From NCBI GenBank assembly GCA_046045965.1, contig JBJOKS010000001.1, forward strand, positions 124,244 through 188,243: a DNA stretch of 64,000 bases. Direction: 5' to 3'. Position numbers and translations under genes: made by a program. Positions 28,468 through 38,035 of this stretch are shown piece after piece; position 1 is the first letter of the stretch; each line of letters begins with the position of its first letter. The stretch comes from Cyanobacteriota bacterium. GTDB taxonomy: Bacteria; Cyanobacteriota; Cyanobacteriia; Cyanobacteriales; Nostocaceae. The notes beneath the pieces were generated by a model that worked only from the letters and a program-made list of their open reading frames with translations, made no database searches and had not been told where the DNA came from.

Positions 28468-28502
28468 TTCTTAATTATGATCAGATGTTTCCCATTGAAA
28501 CC

Positions 28503-28586
28503 GTATAACTTAAAGTCAGTCTAACTATTGTGGGGTGGGCATCCCTGCCCGCCCTAATATTTAAATTAGATGATTTTTAGCTTACT
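28503..28586. repeat. ~82-bp dispersed (MITE-like) repeat, copy B
   Basis: See copy A at 17435-17516. Confidence 0.85.
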
Positions 28587-28832
28587 TCTGGTTTTACAGG
28601 TTTCACCTTAGAAACATTCAATCTGATTGATTGACCGTGATTTTCTGCGCTAAACTAAATTTATTGGGATTTATATGAGACATCTGGTGAAAAATTAGAG
28701 ACTTCTATGAAACGTCTTGACAAGGGTTTCAGGTAACGCATATTTAATTTTCACGAGATGTTCATAGGAATTTAATGGGATCATCTCTGGCAGTAAGTTA
28801 AATAAACCAACTACCTCAATAACTCCAGTGCA

Positions 28833-29171
28833 ATGTCTCAAGAGCCTAAAAAATCACTCCAAATACAGGAAATTATCGGACTAAAACCGCAACACTTTGC
28901 CGACTTAATCAGAACTGCACAATTAGTTTTTGACCCCTGTGCGGGACTTTCTGGCAGAAATCTAAAAGTTGATTGGGAAGACTTTGGCATTCCTGGTAAT
29001 GTAGCGGATAATCTCAAAGAAATTGGCCAAGAATATCAGTATGCTTCTCCTCACATTCCCCCTGAAGTGGTTTGGGCTAAATTAACCACTGAATCGCGGG
29101 TTTGGTTCATTGAAAATAAAGATAGTTTGTGGCGGTTTGAAGAAATTTTCCCTGCGCTTGACGAAGACTAG
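28833..29171 (+). CDS. Hypothetical protein
   Basis: 112-aa ORF with balanced composition. No recognisable motif. Confidence 0.45.
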   Translation: MSQEPKKSLQIQEIIGLKPQHFADLIRTAQLVFDPCAGLSGRNLKVDWEDFGIPGNVADNLKEIGQEYQYASPHIPPEVVWAKLTTESRVWFIENKDSLWRFEEIFPALDED

Positions 29172-29236
29172 AAAGCTTAATCATTCTCAGCAAGATACGT
29201 TGAAATACTCCCCCGTCTTCTCAACGGGGAAGTATG

Positions 29237-29953
29237 TCAATCCCCTAGTAATTTGTAATTTCGGAGCAAATTTGTATTTTCCGCAGTCAGTAATTCCTGC
29301 AAGCTATCAACCTCTTTCAATATATCGAGTTCCTGCGTGTATGCTTCTTTTAAAATTGATAAATATTTATCACGTTCCTGATCATTTTTAGCTTGTTTGA
29401 TCATATAAATTGCCATATTAATGCTAGAAAGAGGATTGCGTAAGTCCTGGGAAATTCTCTCTAACAGCTTTCCTCGAATTTGTGCCAGTTGCTGAGAGTT
29501 TTGCAATTCAGTGCGATTTTTTTTCATCTCCTGTTGGAGAGTTTCTGACTTCTGAGACTCTTTCAGGTAAGCCTGATTTGAAAGTGAATGTCTTTTTAAT
29601 CGCGCCTCAACAGCTTCTAATAGTTCAAAAGGTTCAAAAGGTTTGGTAATGTAATCATCAGCCCCTAGTCCCATACCTTGACGGAAATCATTGCGCTCGA
29701 TTTTAGCGGTAAGAAAAATGAAGGGAATATCAGCAGACTTAGGATCTTGTCGCAGTTCTGCTAACACTTCATGGCCATTTAAACCTGGCATCATAATGTC
29801 ACAGATAATTAAATCAGGCTGTTTAGTTTTAGCTAACTGTAAGCCGATTTTACCGTTGGCAGCAGTAATAACTGAAAATTCTGCCAGTTCCAAAATTTCT
29901 TGGATATTTAACAGAATTTTAGTTTCATCTTCAATCACTAGAATTAAGCTCAT
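29237..29953 (-). CDS. Response regulator: REC + coiled coil + His-less DHp-like helix (no ATPase domain)
   Basis: The REC domain is paralogous to those at 23790 and 25571. The C-terminal string ERISQDLRNPLSSINMAIYMI aligns with the H-box SHE(L/I)RTPL, but the phospho-acceptor His is replaced by Gln. Confidence 0.85.
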   Translation of the reverse strand: MSLILVIEDETKILLNIQEILELAEFSVITAANGKIGLQLAKTKQPDLIICDIMMPGLNGHEVLAELRQDPKSADIPFIFLTAKIERNDFRQGMGLGADDYITKPFEPFELLEAVEARLKRHSLSNQAYLKESQKSETLQQEMKKNRTELQNSQQLAQIRGKLLERISQDLRNPLSSINMAIYMIKQAKNDQERDKYLSILKEAYTQELDILKEVDSLQELLTAENTNLLRNYKLLGD

Positions 29954-30213
29954 AATTGAGAGGCCACCTAATATATAGCACTATCCATATTGTTGACAGA
30001 TTCCTTCACGAAACTCACTGATTGTAAGGGAATTGTCACAATACAAGTATAATGCAACTCTTTATACTATGCTGCTTTGTTGTCATAATTTTGCTAGTGA
30101 ATTAGGAGCAGGAATAATATTTACAGTCAAAATCTTGTACTGTATGGCTTTTTTCGTAAATAGTGATAATTTACAATGAATCATGACCAATCACCAATCA
30201 CTAGGACAAGACA

Positions 30214-31428
30214 ATGGAGAATCTAAGTAACTATACCAGTATTTTAGTAGTCGATGACAATCCCGTTAATTTAAAAGTTATTGGGCTGACTTTGAGTGGT
30301 GCAGGTTACAAAGTCAAAATGGAGGCAAATGGGCTAAATGTCATCCAACAAGTCCATGAGAATTTTCCTAATTTAATACTGCTAGATATTATGTTGCCTG
30401 ATATTAGCGGATTTGAAATTTGTGAGCAACTTCAAGCCGATCCTCGTACCAAAGGTATTCCTATAATTTTCATGACGGCTTTAGCTGATACTACGGATAA
30501 GGTAAAAGGTTTGAGTTTAGGTGCAGTAGACTATATAACTAAACCATTTCAAAAAGCAGAACTACTAGCTCGTGTACGCACCCATTTGCATTTACAGAAG
30601 TTAATTACATCTTTAGAACTACAAAACCAAGAACTCAAACAACTTACACAACGCAATGAGGACTTAGAAAATAGAGTTGCAGAACGGACAGCAGAATTAA
30701 GACAGGCTCTCGCAAAGGAACAGGAATTAAACCAATTAAAATCGCGCTTTATTACCATGGCATCCCATGAGATTCGCACACCTTTAGCTATTATTTCCTC
30801 ATCTACAGGCATTTTACAAAAGTTTGGCGATCGCCTGATTCCCGAAAAAAAACAGAGACACCTACAGACTATCCAAGAAACCATCAAGCAGATGACTCAA
30901 CTGCTTGATGATGTACTGATGATTAACCGCGCCGAAGCTGAAAAGATGGAATTTAAACCAGAAGCAGCAGATATTATTGCTTTCTGTCACCGTCTCAGAA
31001 AAGACATAGAAGCTAGTAATACCAAATATACAATTAATTTATCTTTAGATTTAGGCGAGGAAATTCTCAACAATACTCTGATTATTCATTTCGATAAAAA
31101 ACTTTTACAGCAAATTCTCACCCATCTTCTCACTAATGCTATTAAGTATTCTCCTACCCACAATGCAGTTAAATTAAGCTTGACTAAAGAAAATAATCAA
31201 CTGCTCTTGAAAATCAGCGATAAAGGTATCGGCATTCCTGAAAAAGATCAAGTTAATTTATTTGCACCTTTTTACAGAGCATCTAACGTCGGTAATATTT
31301 CTGGAACAGGTTTAGGACTATCCATAGTTAAAAAATGTTTGGATTTGCACAAAGGGCAAATTAGGGTAGATAGTCAAGTAGGAGAGGGAACAACAATTAC
31401 AGTCAGAATTCCTTTTTTAAGAGGATGA
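30214..31428 (+). CDS. Hybrid histidine kinase with N-terminal receiver (REC-HisKA-HATPase)
   Basis: REC (LLDIMLPDISG, VDYITKPF), H-box ASHEIRTPL, N-box LLTNAIKYS, G-boxes DKGIGI / GTGLGLSIV. Confidence 0.9.
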   Translation: MENLSNYTSILVVDDNPVNLKVIGLTLSGAGYKVKMEANGLNVIQQVHENFPNLILLDIMLPDISGFEICEQLQADPRTKGIPIIFMTALADTTDKVKGLSLGAVDYITKPFQKAELLARVRTHLHLQKLITSLELQNQELKQLTQRNEDLENRVAERTAELRQALAKEQELNQLKSRFITMASHEIRTPLAIISSSTGILQKFGDRLIPEKKQRHLQTIQETIKQMTQLLDDVLMINRAEAEKMEFKPEAADIIAFCHRLRKDIEASNTKYTINLSLDLGEEILNNTLIIHFDKKLLQQILTHLLTNAIKYSPTHNAVKLSLTKENNQLLLKISDKGIGIPEKDQVNLFAPFYRASNVGNISGTGLGLSIVKKCLDLHKGQIRVDSQVGEGTTITVRIPFLRG

Positions 31429-31692
31429 AAATCTTGATTTACTGGGTAAGCATCATCCTTATCATCCTCAATAATAATAAGTTTTTTCTCTAGGTATTCT
31501 CTTTTCTAGACTTGAAAAATCATACTTGAAAAATCATGAAAGTGTTTTGATGGGAACTTCAGCCTCAAACGTGAATTATAGCAGGAGTCAGGAGTAAAAC
31601 TCTCTTGTATTAGGAGTTTCATTATCAATTGATGTCCTAACTACCCTGTCCACGGCTATACCTAAAACCTAAACCCTTTTGAAACTTGGTTA

Positions 31693-32604
31693 GAGGATGT
31701 TTGAAAAGTAGGAAAGGTGGTAAAAAAGCTCTCTCAGTATAAGCTGTGAATAGATAGTAGACAGCACCGAGAGAGCAACATGAGTAAAGCATACCCCAGT
31801 AACCTGACCCTTGGCCAATATCAGTTCCTGAGTGACCTTATTCCAGAACCGAAAACGGGTGGTCGTCCGCGTGAAGTGGATATGTGGGAGGTGCTAAATG
31901 CGATTTTCTATATCCTGGTAGAAGGAGTCAGATGGAGAGCATTGCCAGGAGATTTTCCCGCTTGGCAGACAGTGTATACATATTTTCGCAACTGGCGTAA
32001 GGATGGAACATGGTTGCGTATCCATGACCGCTTACGAGAATGGACAAGGATTGAACTCCAACGGCATCAGTGTCCGTCGGAGGCAATTATCGACAGTCAG
32101 AGTGTAAAAAGTGCCGCAATGGTGAGTAAATCAGTAGGCTATGATGCAGGTAAAAAAATCAAGGGACGCAAGCGATTTATGACAGTCGATACCTTGGGTT
32201 TAGTCTTGCGCGTCTTGGTAACAGCAGCCAATGTGGGTGAGCGAGAAGGGGGGAAACAAGTTCTCAAAAGAGTCAAACAATCTCCACATCAGGCATCTCG
32301 TCTGACAACTATCTGGGTAGATGGTGGTTTTGACGGTGAGCCGTTTATGCAGTGGGTGATGGATTTTTTGCGGTGGATTGTGCAGGTAGTTCTACGTTCG
32401 CAACAGACTCAGGGCTTTACTCTACTCAAAAAACGTTGGGTAGTGGAGCGCACTTACGGTTGGTTAATGGGCTGTCGGCGATTAGTCAGAGATTATGAGT
32501 TATTGCCCGAAACCTCTGAGACTTTTATCTACCTTGCCATGATCCGGATCATGGTGCGGCGATTAGCATAAAATTTAACCCTTCAAAACTTTTCAAACAC
32601 CCTC
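31693..32604 (+). mobile_element. Intact IS5-family insertion sequence (912 bp) with 17-bp imperfect terminal inverted repeats and a TTA target-site duplication
   Basis: IRL GAGGATGTTTGAAAAGT (31693-31709). IRR ACTTTTCAAACACCCTC (32588-32604), 16/17 complementary. Flanking TTA at 31690-31692 and 32605-32607. A single uninterrupted transposase ORF. Confidence 0.85.
31780..32571 (+). CDS. IS5-family DDE transposase
   Basis: The N-terminus GGRPREVDMWEVLNAIFYILVEGVRWRALPGDFPAWQTVYTYFRNWRKDGTW is typical of the IS5/IS4 superfamily. DSQSVK and WVDGGF match DDE motif contexts. Confidence 0.9.
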   Translation: MSKAYPSNLTLGQYQFLSDLIPEPKTGGRPREVDMWEVLNAIFYILVEGVRWRALPGDFPAWQTVYTYFRNWRKDGTWLRIHDRLREWTRIELQRHQCPSEAIIDSQSVKSAAMVSKSVGYDAGKKIKGRKRFMTVDTLGLVLRVLVTAANVGEREGGKQVLKRVKQSPHQASRLTTIWVDGGFDGEPFMQWVMDFLRWIVQVVLRSQQTQGFTLLKKRWVVERTYGWLMGCRRLVRDYELLPETSETFIYLAMIRIMVRRLA

Positions 32605-32783
32605 TTAATTTCATGCCTACCTAATCGCAATACTTTTGTATAAATAACCGCCTATTTTTGATGTTATTGGTGCGTAAAGCTGCTCAATTGTCAAACTTTC
32701 AAACTGCGATGATTTTCACATCTCAACCCGGACTAGAGCTAAAAACAATCGAATTAACTACATAATATAATATCTGACAGAAA

Positions 32784-33320
32784 ATGCTTATGAGAATTTC
32801 GGCTGTTAGGTTTTTGCTAACTTCTCTGTGGTTGATAGTTGGTTTTTTAGCTGCGAATTTGAACAATACGAGTACGGTTTTAGCAGAAGCACCCCCAGAA
32901 TTTTCTCAATTAGTTAATGGTAAACAGTTTACTGTCAATAAATCTGAGTTTGGTGTGAGAATAGTTGATGTTCAGGGTAAAGCCAATTTTTTTCCCACAA
33001 CTAAAGTACCACTGAAAAAAGGTGATGCTTATGGTTGGCGAATTCAACTGCAAAATTACCGGGGTAAGGTAAAATGGCGGGAAGTTTTACGTTTACCAAA
33101 AACTCCAGAAACTTGGGCTACACAGGAGAAAGATGAGAATTTTTCTCTATCTGCGGATGGAAGGACAGCTACAACAACGCGCACGCAAACATCTACAAAT
33201 GGTGTGATTGAAAATTTTTGGCAGATAGCTCCTGGTGATCCTCTTGGTAAACATAGAATAGAGGTCTATATTGATGACCATCTAATTGCCATTTTTGAAT
33301 TTGAAACTGTAGAATTTTAG
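32784..33320 (+). CDS. Secreted hypothetical protein
   Basis: N-terminal signal/anchor FLLTSLWLIVGFLAANL...VLA. No known motif. Confidence 0.55.
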   Translation: MLMRISAVRFLLTSLWLIVGFLAANLNNTSTVLAEAPPEFSQLVNGKQFTVNKSEFGVRIVDVQGKANFFPTTKVPLKKGDAYGWRIQLQNYRGKVKWREVLRLPKTPETWATQEKDENFSLSADGRTATTTRTQTSTNGVIENFWQIAPGDPLGKHRIEVYIDDHLIAIFEFETVEF

Positions 33321-33402
33321 TGCCAGGAGTTAGGATTTAGGAGTCAGAAGTCAGAATTAAAATTGTTTCTGACTCCCTAGTGGAATGTCTGCAACTTCGC
33401 TT

Positions 33403-34482
33403 TTATTCTTCGTCTAATTCAACTTCTTCTTCTTCTTCTTCTCCATTTACTTTAGTAACAGAGTTAGCAGAAACCACAGCCCCTTTATCGAGCTTTTCCC
33501 GCACCTGCTCTTCAATTTTGGCCGCAAATTCAGATTTTTCTTCTAAATATTTGATAGCGTTGTCTCGACCTTGGGAAATGTTATCACCGTTGTAGCTATA
33601 CCAAGCACCTTTACGGAGGAGAACTCCTGTTTCTTCTGCTAAGTCAACTAAGCAACCCAGGGTAGAAACTCCCTTCCCAAAGATAATGTCAAATTCGGCA
33701 ATTCTAAAAGGTGGTGCTACTTTATTTTTTGCTACCTTCACTTTAACGCGATTACCAAATTCATCTGTGCCTTTTTTCAAGGTTTGAATTCTGCGAATAT
33801 CTAACCGCACGGAAGCGTAAAATTTCAACGCATTACCGCCCGTTGTGGTTTCTGGGCTACCGTAGGTGACACCGATTTTTTGCCGCAATTGGTTAATAAA
33901 AATTACTGTGCAACCAGATTTACCAATATTACCTGTAATTTTGCGTAATGCTTGGCTCATCAACCGGGCTTGTAAACCAACGTGGATATCACCCATATCG
34001 CCTTCGATTTCGGCGCGGGGTACTAGGGCGGCTACGGAGTCAACTACAACTATATCAACGGCGGCAGAACGTACTAACTGATCAACTATTTCTAACCCTG
34101 CTTCACCCGTGTCTGGTTGGGAAACGAGTAAATTTTCAATATCTACACCTAATGCACCTGCGTAGGTGGGGTCTAGGGCGTGTTCTGCGTCAACAAAGGC
34201 AGCTATACCGCCATTTCTTTGTACTTCTGCGATCGCATGAAGTGCTACTGTGGTTTTACCAGAACTTTCTGGTCCATAAATTTCAATTACCCTTCCCTTG
34301 GGTAAACCACCACCCAAGGCTAAATCCAGAGTTAACGCACCTGTAGAAATAGTCTCTACACGCATCCGGGTAGCGTCACCCAAACGCATTATTGCCCCTT
34401 TACCAAAGCTGCGCTCAATCTGGTTGAGTACCATATTCAGTGCTTTTTGCTTTCCAGAAGTATCTGCTGTGTTGGTTGCCAT
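33403..34482 (-). CDS. recA: Recombinase RecA
   Basis: GPESSGKTT Walker A, the [10 protein letters not shown] and IVVDSVAAL motifs, and an acidic tail [12 protein letters not shown]. Confidence 0.98.
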   Translation of the reverse strand: MATNTADTSGKQKALNMVLNQIERSFGKGAIMRLGDATRMRVETISTGALTLDLALGGGLPKGRVIEIYGPESSGKTTVALHAIAEVQRNGGIAAFVDAEHALDPTYAGALGVDIENLLVSQPDTGEAGLEIVDQLVRSAAVDIVVVDSVAALVPRAEIEGDMGDIHVGLQARLMSQALRKITGNIGKSGCTVIFINQLRQKIGVTYGSPETTTGGNALKFYASVRLDIRRIQTLKKGTDEFGNRVKVKVAKNKVAPPFRIAEFDIIFGKGVSTLGCLVDLAEETGVLLRKGAWYSYNGDNISQGRDNAIKYLEEKSEFAAKIEEQVREKLDKGAVVSANSVTKVNGEEEEEEVELDEE

Positions 34483-34597
34483 TAGAGCCTCTAAATATAG
34501 GATTTAAGGAAGTTTGCGTTGGGAGCTTGATTAGAACAGATATACTATTTTAACCGGAAAATGTGCAATTGGTAAGGTGTGGGAAAAAAGTTTTATG

Positions 34598-34770
34598 GCA
34601 GGAGGCAGGAGGCAGGAGGCAGGAGGCAGGAGGCAGGAGGCAGGAGGCAGGATGCAGGAGGCAGAAGGCAGAAAATCATATTTTATTCTCCCCATCTCCC
34701 CATCTCCTCAGTCCCCAGTCCCCATCTCCCCATCTCCTCAGTCCCCAGTCAAGAGTCAAGAGTCCCCAAT
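34598..34770. repeat. Compound STRR arrays (CAGGAGG x~10; CCCCATCT/CCCCAGT/AGAGTCA units)
   Basis: Read directly. They generate three spurious overlapping ORFs in the track. Confidence 0.95.
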
Positions 34771-35943
34771 TTAATACTGTGGCACAGAAGGATCTACTTC
34801 CAAACTCCACGCATTAATGCCACCTTTGACGTTAGTTCCCACAATACCGGCTTCTTTGAGGATAGCCAGGGCTTTGGCAGAACGTCCACCCATTTTACAA
34901 TGAGCAATTAAACGGTGTCCGTTGAGTATTTCTTTTACCTGAGCAACACCATCACCATTTTCAATATCTGGTAAAGGTACTAAGACAGAGCCAGGAATTT
35001 TGGCAATTTCATACTCGTGGGGGTTACGTACATCTAACAGGACAAAATCTTGCGCCCCACTATCAATTAATGCTTTTAATTCCGTAACGGTCATTTCTTG
35101 AATTTCCATCTGCTGTTTCGCTTCTTCTGCTTTTGCTTGGGGAATACCACAAAATTCTTCGTAGTCGATCAGTTGTTCAATAACTGGACGGATGGGATTA
35201 GGACGCAATTTCAACTCTCGGAATTTCATATCCAAAGCGTTGTAAAGCATCAAGCGCCCACTGAGAGTATTACCTTTACCAATAATAATTTTTACCGTTT
35301 CTGTGGCTTGGATCACGCCAATAATTCCCGGTAAAATTCCTAACACACCACCTTCTGCACAAGAGGGAACCATTCCTGGTGGTGGTGGTTCAGGATACAA
35401 GTCACGATAGTTAGGACCACCTTCGTAGTTAAATACGGTTGCTTGTCCTTCAAAACGGAAGATGGAACCGTAAACGTTAGGTTTGTTTAATAATACGCAA
35501 GCGTCGTTAACTAGATAGCGTGTGGGGAAGTTGTCAGTTCCATCAACGACGACATCATAAGGACGAATGATATCTAAAGCGTTTTCCGCACAGAGACGAG
35601 TTTCGTATAAGTCAACCTGACAATAGGGGTTAATTTCGTGAATGCGGTTTTTTGCGGATTCAATTTTGGGTTTACCTACCCAGGATGTACCGTGGATAAC
35701 TTGACGTTGCAAGTTAGAAAAATCAACCACATCAAAGTCAACAATACCGATGCGGCCAATACCAGCGGCTGCTAAGTATAACAGCAATGGTGAACCGAGT
35801 CCACCAGTACCTATACATAATACACTGGCAGCTTTGAGGCGTTTTTGTCCTTCTAACCCGACTTCGGGCAAGATTAAATGACGGGAGTAGCGTTCGTAGT
35901 CGTCTTTCGTTAACTGGATTTCATCCAGATTAGGATTTAGCAT
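34771..35943 (-). CDS. moeB: E1-like adenylyltransferase/sulfurtransferase (MoeB/MoeZ/ThiF family) with C-terminal rhodanese domain
   Basis: GTGGLGSP nucleotide loop and the ThiF-family core. C-terminal rhodanese domain with active-site loop CKMGGRS. Confidence 0.9.
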   Translation of the reverse strand: MLNPNLDEIQLTKDDYERYSRHLILPEVGLEGQKRLKAASVLCIGTGGLGSPLLLYLAAAGIGRIGIVDFDVVDFSNLQRQVIHGTSWVGKPKIESAKNRIHEINPYCQVDLYETRLCAENALDIIRPYDVVVDGTDNFPTRYLVNDACVLLNKPNVYGSIFRFEGQATVFNYEGGPNYRDLYPEPPPPGMVPSCAEGGVLGILPGIIGVIQATETVKIIIGKGNTLSGRLMLYNALDMKFRELKLRPNPIRPVIEQLIDYEEFCGIPQAKAEEAKQQMEIQEMTVTELKALIDSGAQDFVLLDVRNPHEYEIAKIPGSVLVPLPDIENGDGVAQVKEILNGHRLIAHCKMGGRSAKALAILKEAGIVGTNVKGGINAWSLEVDPSVPQY

Positions 35944-36306
35944 AAGAGGAAGATGCAGAATCTCAGAGTATTAATACTAACTCAAAGTTGGTTCAGTTTA
36001 TAGGTTCTATTTTTTGGGCTGGGGGAATTATATCACATTGGCGGCTGGGAAAGGGGCGATTGGCTATGGCTTACGCCACGCTACGCTATCGCCAGCGCCG
36101 TAGGCGATCGCACTTTTTGAGGTTGAATGATTTTAGCTCACGCAGAAGCGAAAAAGCGTAAAGAATAAAAAAGTTTTAATAAGTCTAAGTTAATTTTAAT
36201 ATCTCTGTGTTCTCTGTGCCTCTGTGGTTCGTTATTTCATACAAAAATTGTTTTTACCCAAATCAAATCATTAATAATACATTGTTTTTATCGTATAAAT
36301 CCTGAT

Positions 36307-36765
36307 TCAGACAACCTCTATTATTTCACCTTGAAACTGATGATTATCATCCAGAGAAAAACTATTTAATTCACCCGCTTTCCCCTGTGCAACTGATACA
36401 ATAATATAAGAATATTCTGCCCAAGCATAGAGTCTATCACATTCTGAAGGAATAGCAGGATAATCAGGATGGGAATGAAAAATACCAATAATATTTAAAT
36501 TGCGATTTCTCGCTTCTTTCTGTATTTGTAACATAAATTGAGGAGCGATCGCATATCTTCTTCTGGTACTATATGATTCTTTGTCCTCTGTAAAATTAGC
36601 CTCCTCCGTATTCCACACATTTTCTGCTGGTATTACTTCTACAACAGTTTTTACCCCATTACTGAGATAACCCAGTATTAACCCACAACATTCATCAGGG
36701 TAGGTGTTTTCAGCATGAATGTTGATAATTTGCAAGTGTTCTGGGTAGATTTTTAGATGATTCAT
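36307..36765 (-). CDS. JAMM/MPN+ (Mov34) metalloprotease
   Basis: ECCGLILG plus HSHPDYPAIPSECD (HxHx7Sx2D JAMM motif). Start taken at MNHLKIYPE (36765); the ORF track extends it to 36786. Confidence 0.85.
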   Translation of the reverse strand: MNHLKIYPEHLQIINIHAENTYPDECCGLILGYLSNGVKTVVEVIPAENVWNTEEANFTEDKESYSTRRRYAIAPQFMLQIQKEARNRNLNIIGIFHSHPDYPAIPSECDRLYAWAEYSYIIVSVAQGKAGELNSFSLDDNHQFQGEIIEVV

Positions 36766-36997
36766 AGAAATTGAACTAAAACGCAAATATATCCATTAAT
36801 TGCACAATTCTGAAAATAGTATCAATACTGCTACACAAAAATTTTTCTCTTTCGCAAGTTAGAGCAAATAAACTACTCAAAAGATAGAAGAAAATAAAAT
36901 ATAAATCTTATAAATTACAAATAAACATAAAGAGGTAATCAAGGCTAATTTTTGTCATTACCATATTAATCCAATACTGTTCGGTTAAGGATTTTTG

Positions 36998-37093
36998 TAG
37001 GTTGGGTTGAACAAAGTGAAACCCAACAAACCCTTGTAAACGTTGGGTTTCGTTCCATTGCTTCGCAACGCTAACGCGAACAACCCAACCTAC
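36998..37093. repeat. Palindromic MITE-like element (GTAGGTTGGGTT ... AACCCAACCTAC)
   Basis: 12-bp perfect terminal inverted repeats, with an internal second hairpin (gaaacccaac / gttgggtttc). An outer inverted repeat tactgttcggttaa / ttaaccgaaaagta lies at about 36975 and 37113. Confidence 0.8.
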
Positions 37094-37185
37094 GTGATTT
37101 CGTTGTTTTGAGTTTAACCGAAAAGTATTGCATATTAATCTCTATGTTCAGTTTGGTTGATTAGTTTTGTTTAGGGAGTTTTTTG

Positions 37186-38013
37186 ATGTTTAATAAATCT
37201 GATTTTAACCATTTTAAATTCATTCCAAACCTGAATAAAATTCCAGTCATCATTGCTTTAGGAGCGATGGTGATAATGCTTCCAGCTTGTGAATTTGAAG
37301 ACAGGAGAGAAGCCTTTGAACCTGTACCACCAGCAGATGTTGTTACTGAGACAGTTACAGATCAAACAGATCAACTTATTGGAAAAACAGTCACAATTAG
37401 AAGTCAACCTATTAGGAAAATTAGCCCTTCAGCTTTTACAATCATAGATGAGGATATGTTTGGTCCACAAAATATCCTCGTTATTAATGCCACAGGTGAA
37501 CCTTTTCAGTTACCTGAAACAGCGAATACAGAAGTTCAAGTTACAGGACCAGTGCAAAGATTTAATCTAGCAGAGATTAATAGAAATTACAATTTAAATT
37601 TGCAGCCAAACTTGTATCAAGAATATGAAAATCAACCTGTGATTATTGCCAAATCTTCAGCACTATCACCCACACCAGGAGAACTCACTACCAACCCCAG
37701 CGCCTACTATGATAAAACATTAGCAGTCAAAGGCGAAATTAAAGACATACAAAGTCCAGTTGTATTCACATTGCATGAAGAGAAGTTACTAGGAACAACA
37801 GGCTTATTAGTATTACAAACTAAATCCGAACCAAGAGTCAATCAAGGAGATAAGGTAGTTGTAACAGGTGTATTGCGTCCATTTGTGGTAGCTGATTTGC
37901 AAAGAGATTATAATCTCACCTGGGATTTGAATTTACAAAGAAAGCTAGAAGCTGAATATCGCAATAAACCCGTGTTTGTGGCTACAGATGTTTACCTCAA
38001 AGCAGCTCGTTAG
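37186..38013 (+). CDS. Hypothetical secreted/lipoprotein with internal ~100-aa duplication
   Basis: AGGGAG RBS. Signal with MLPAC. Two paralogous halves end in LAEINRNYNLNLQPNLYQEYENQPVIIA and VADLQRDYNLTWDLNLQRKLEAEYRNKPVFVA. Confidence 0.6.
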   Translation: MFNKSDFNHFKFIPNLNKIPVIIALGAMVIMLPACEFEDRREAFEPVPPADVVTETVTDQTDQLIGKTVTIRSQPIRKISPSAFTIIDEDMFGPQNILVINATGEPFQLPETANTEVQVTGPVQRFNLAEINRNYNLNLQPNLYQEYENQPVIIAKSSALSPTPGELTTNPSAYYDKTLAVKGEIKDIQSPVVFTLHEEKLLGTTGLLVLQTKSEPRVNQGDKVVVTGVLRPFVVADLQRDYNLTWDLNLQRKLEAEYRNKPVFVATDVYLKAAR

Positions 38014-38035
38014 TAAAGTTAAATGCTGGGGTTTT

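Noticed and set aside
34563-34911. Three overlapping plus-strand ORFs (84, 65 and 110 aa) rich in GGRRQEAGGRRQ / SPSPHLL repeats.
   Set aside because: They are translations of STRR heptamer arrays (CAGGAGG, CCCCATCT, CCCCAGT) in three frames, and they partly overlap the 3' end of the moeB-like gene on the other strand. This is not coding.
35944-36306. A Moco riboswitch or a small ThiS/MoaD-like ORF between the JAMM and moeB-like genes.
   Set aside because: I could not find the conserved Moco-motif helices or any ORF ending in Gly-Gly. The spacer is mostly dispersed repeats and HIP1 sites. A covariance-model scan would be needed to exclude a riboswitch.
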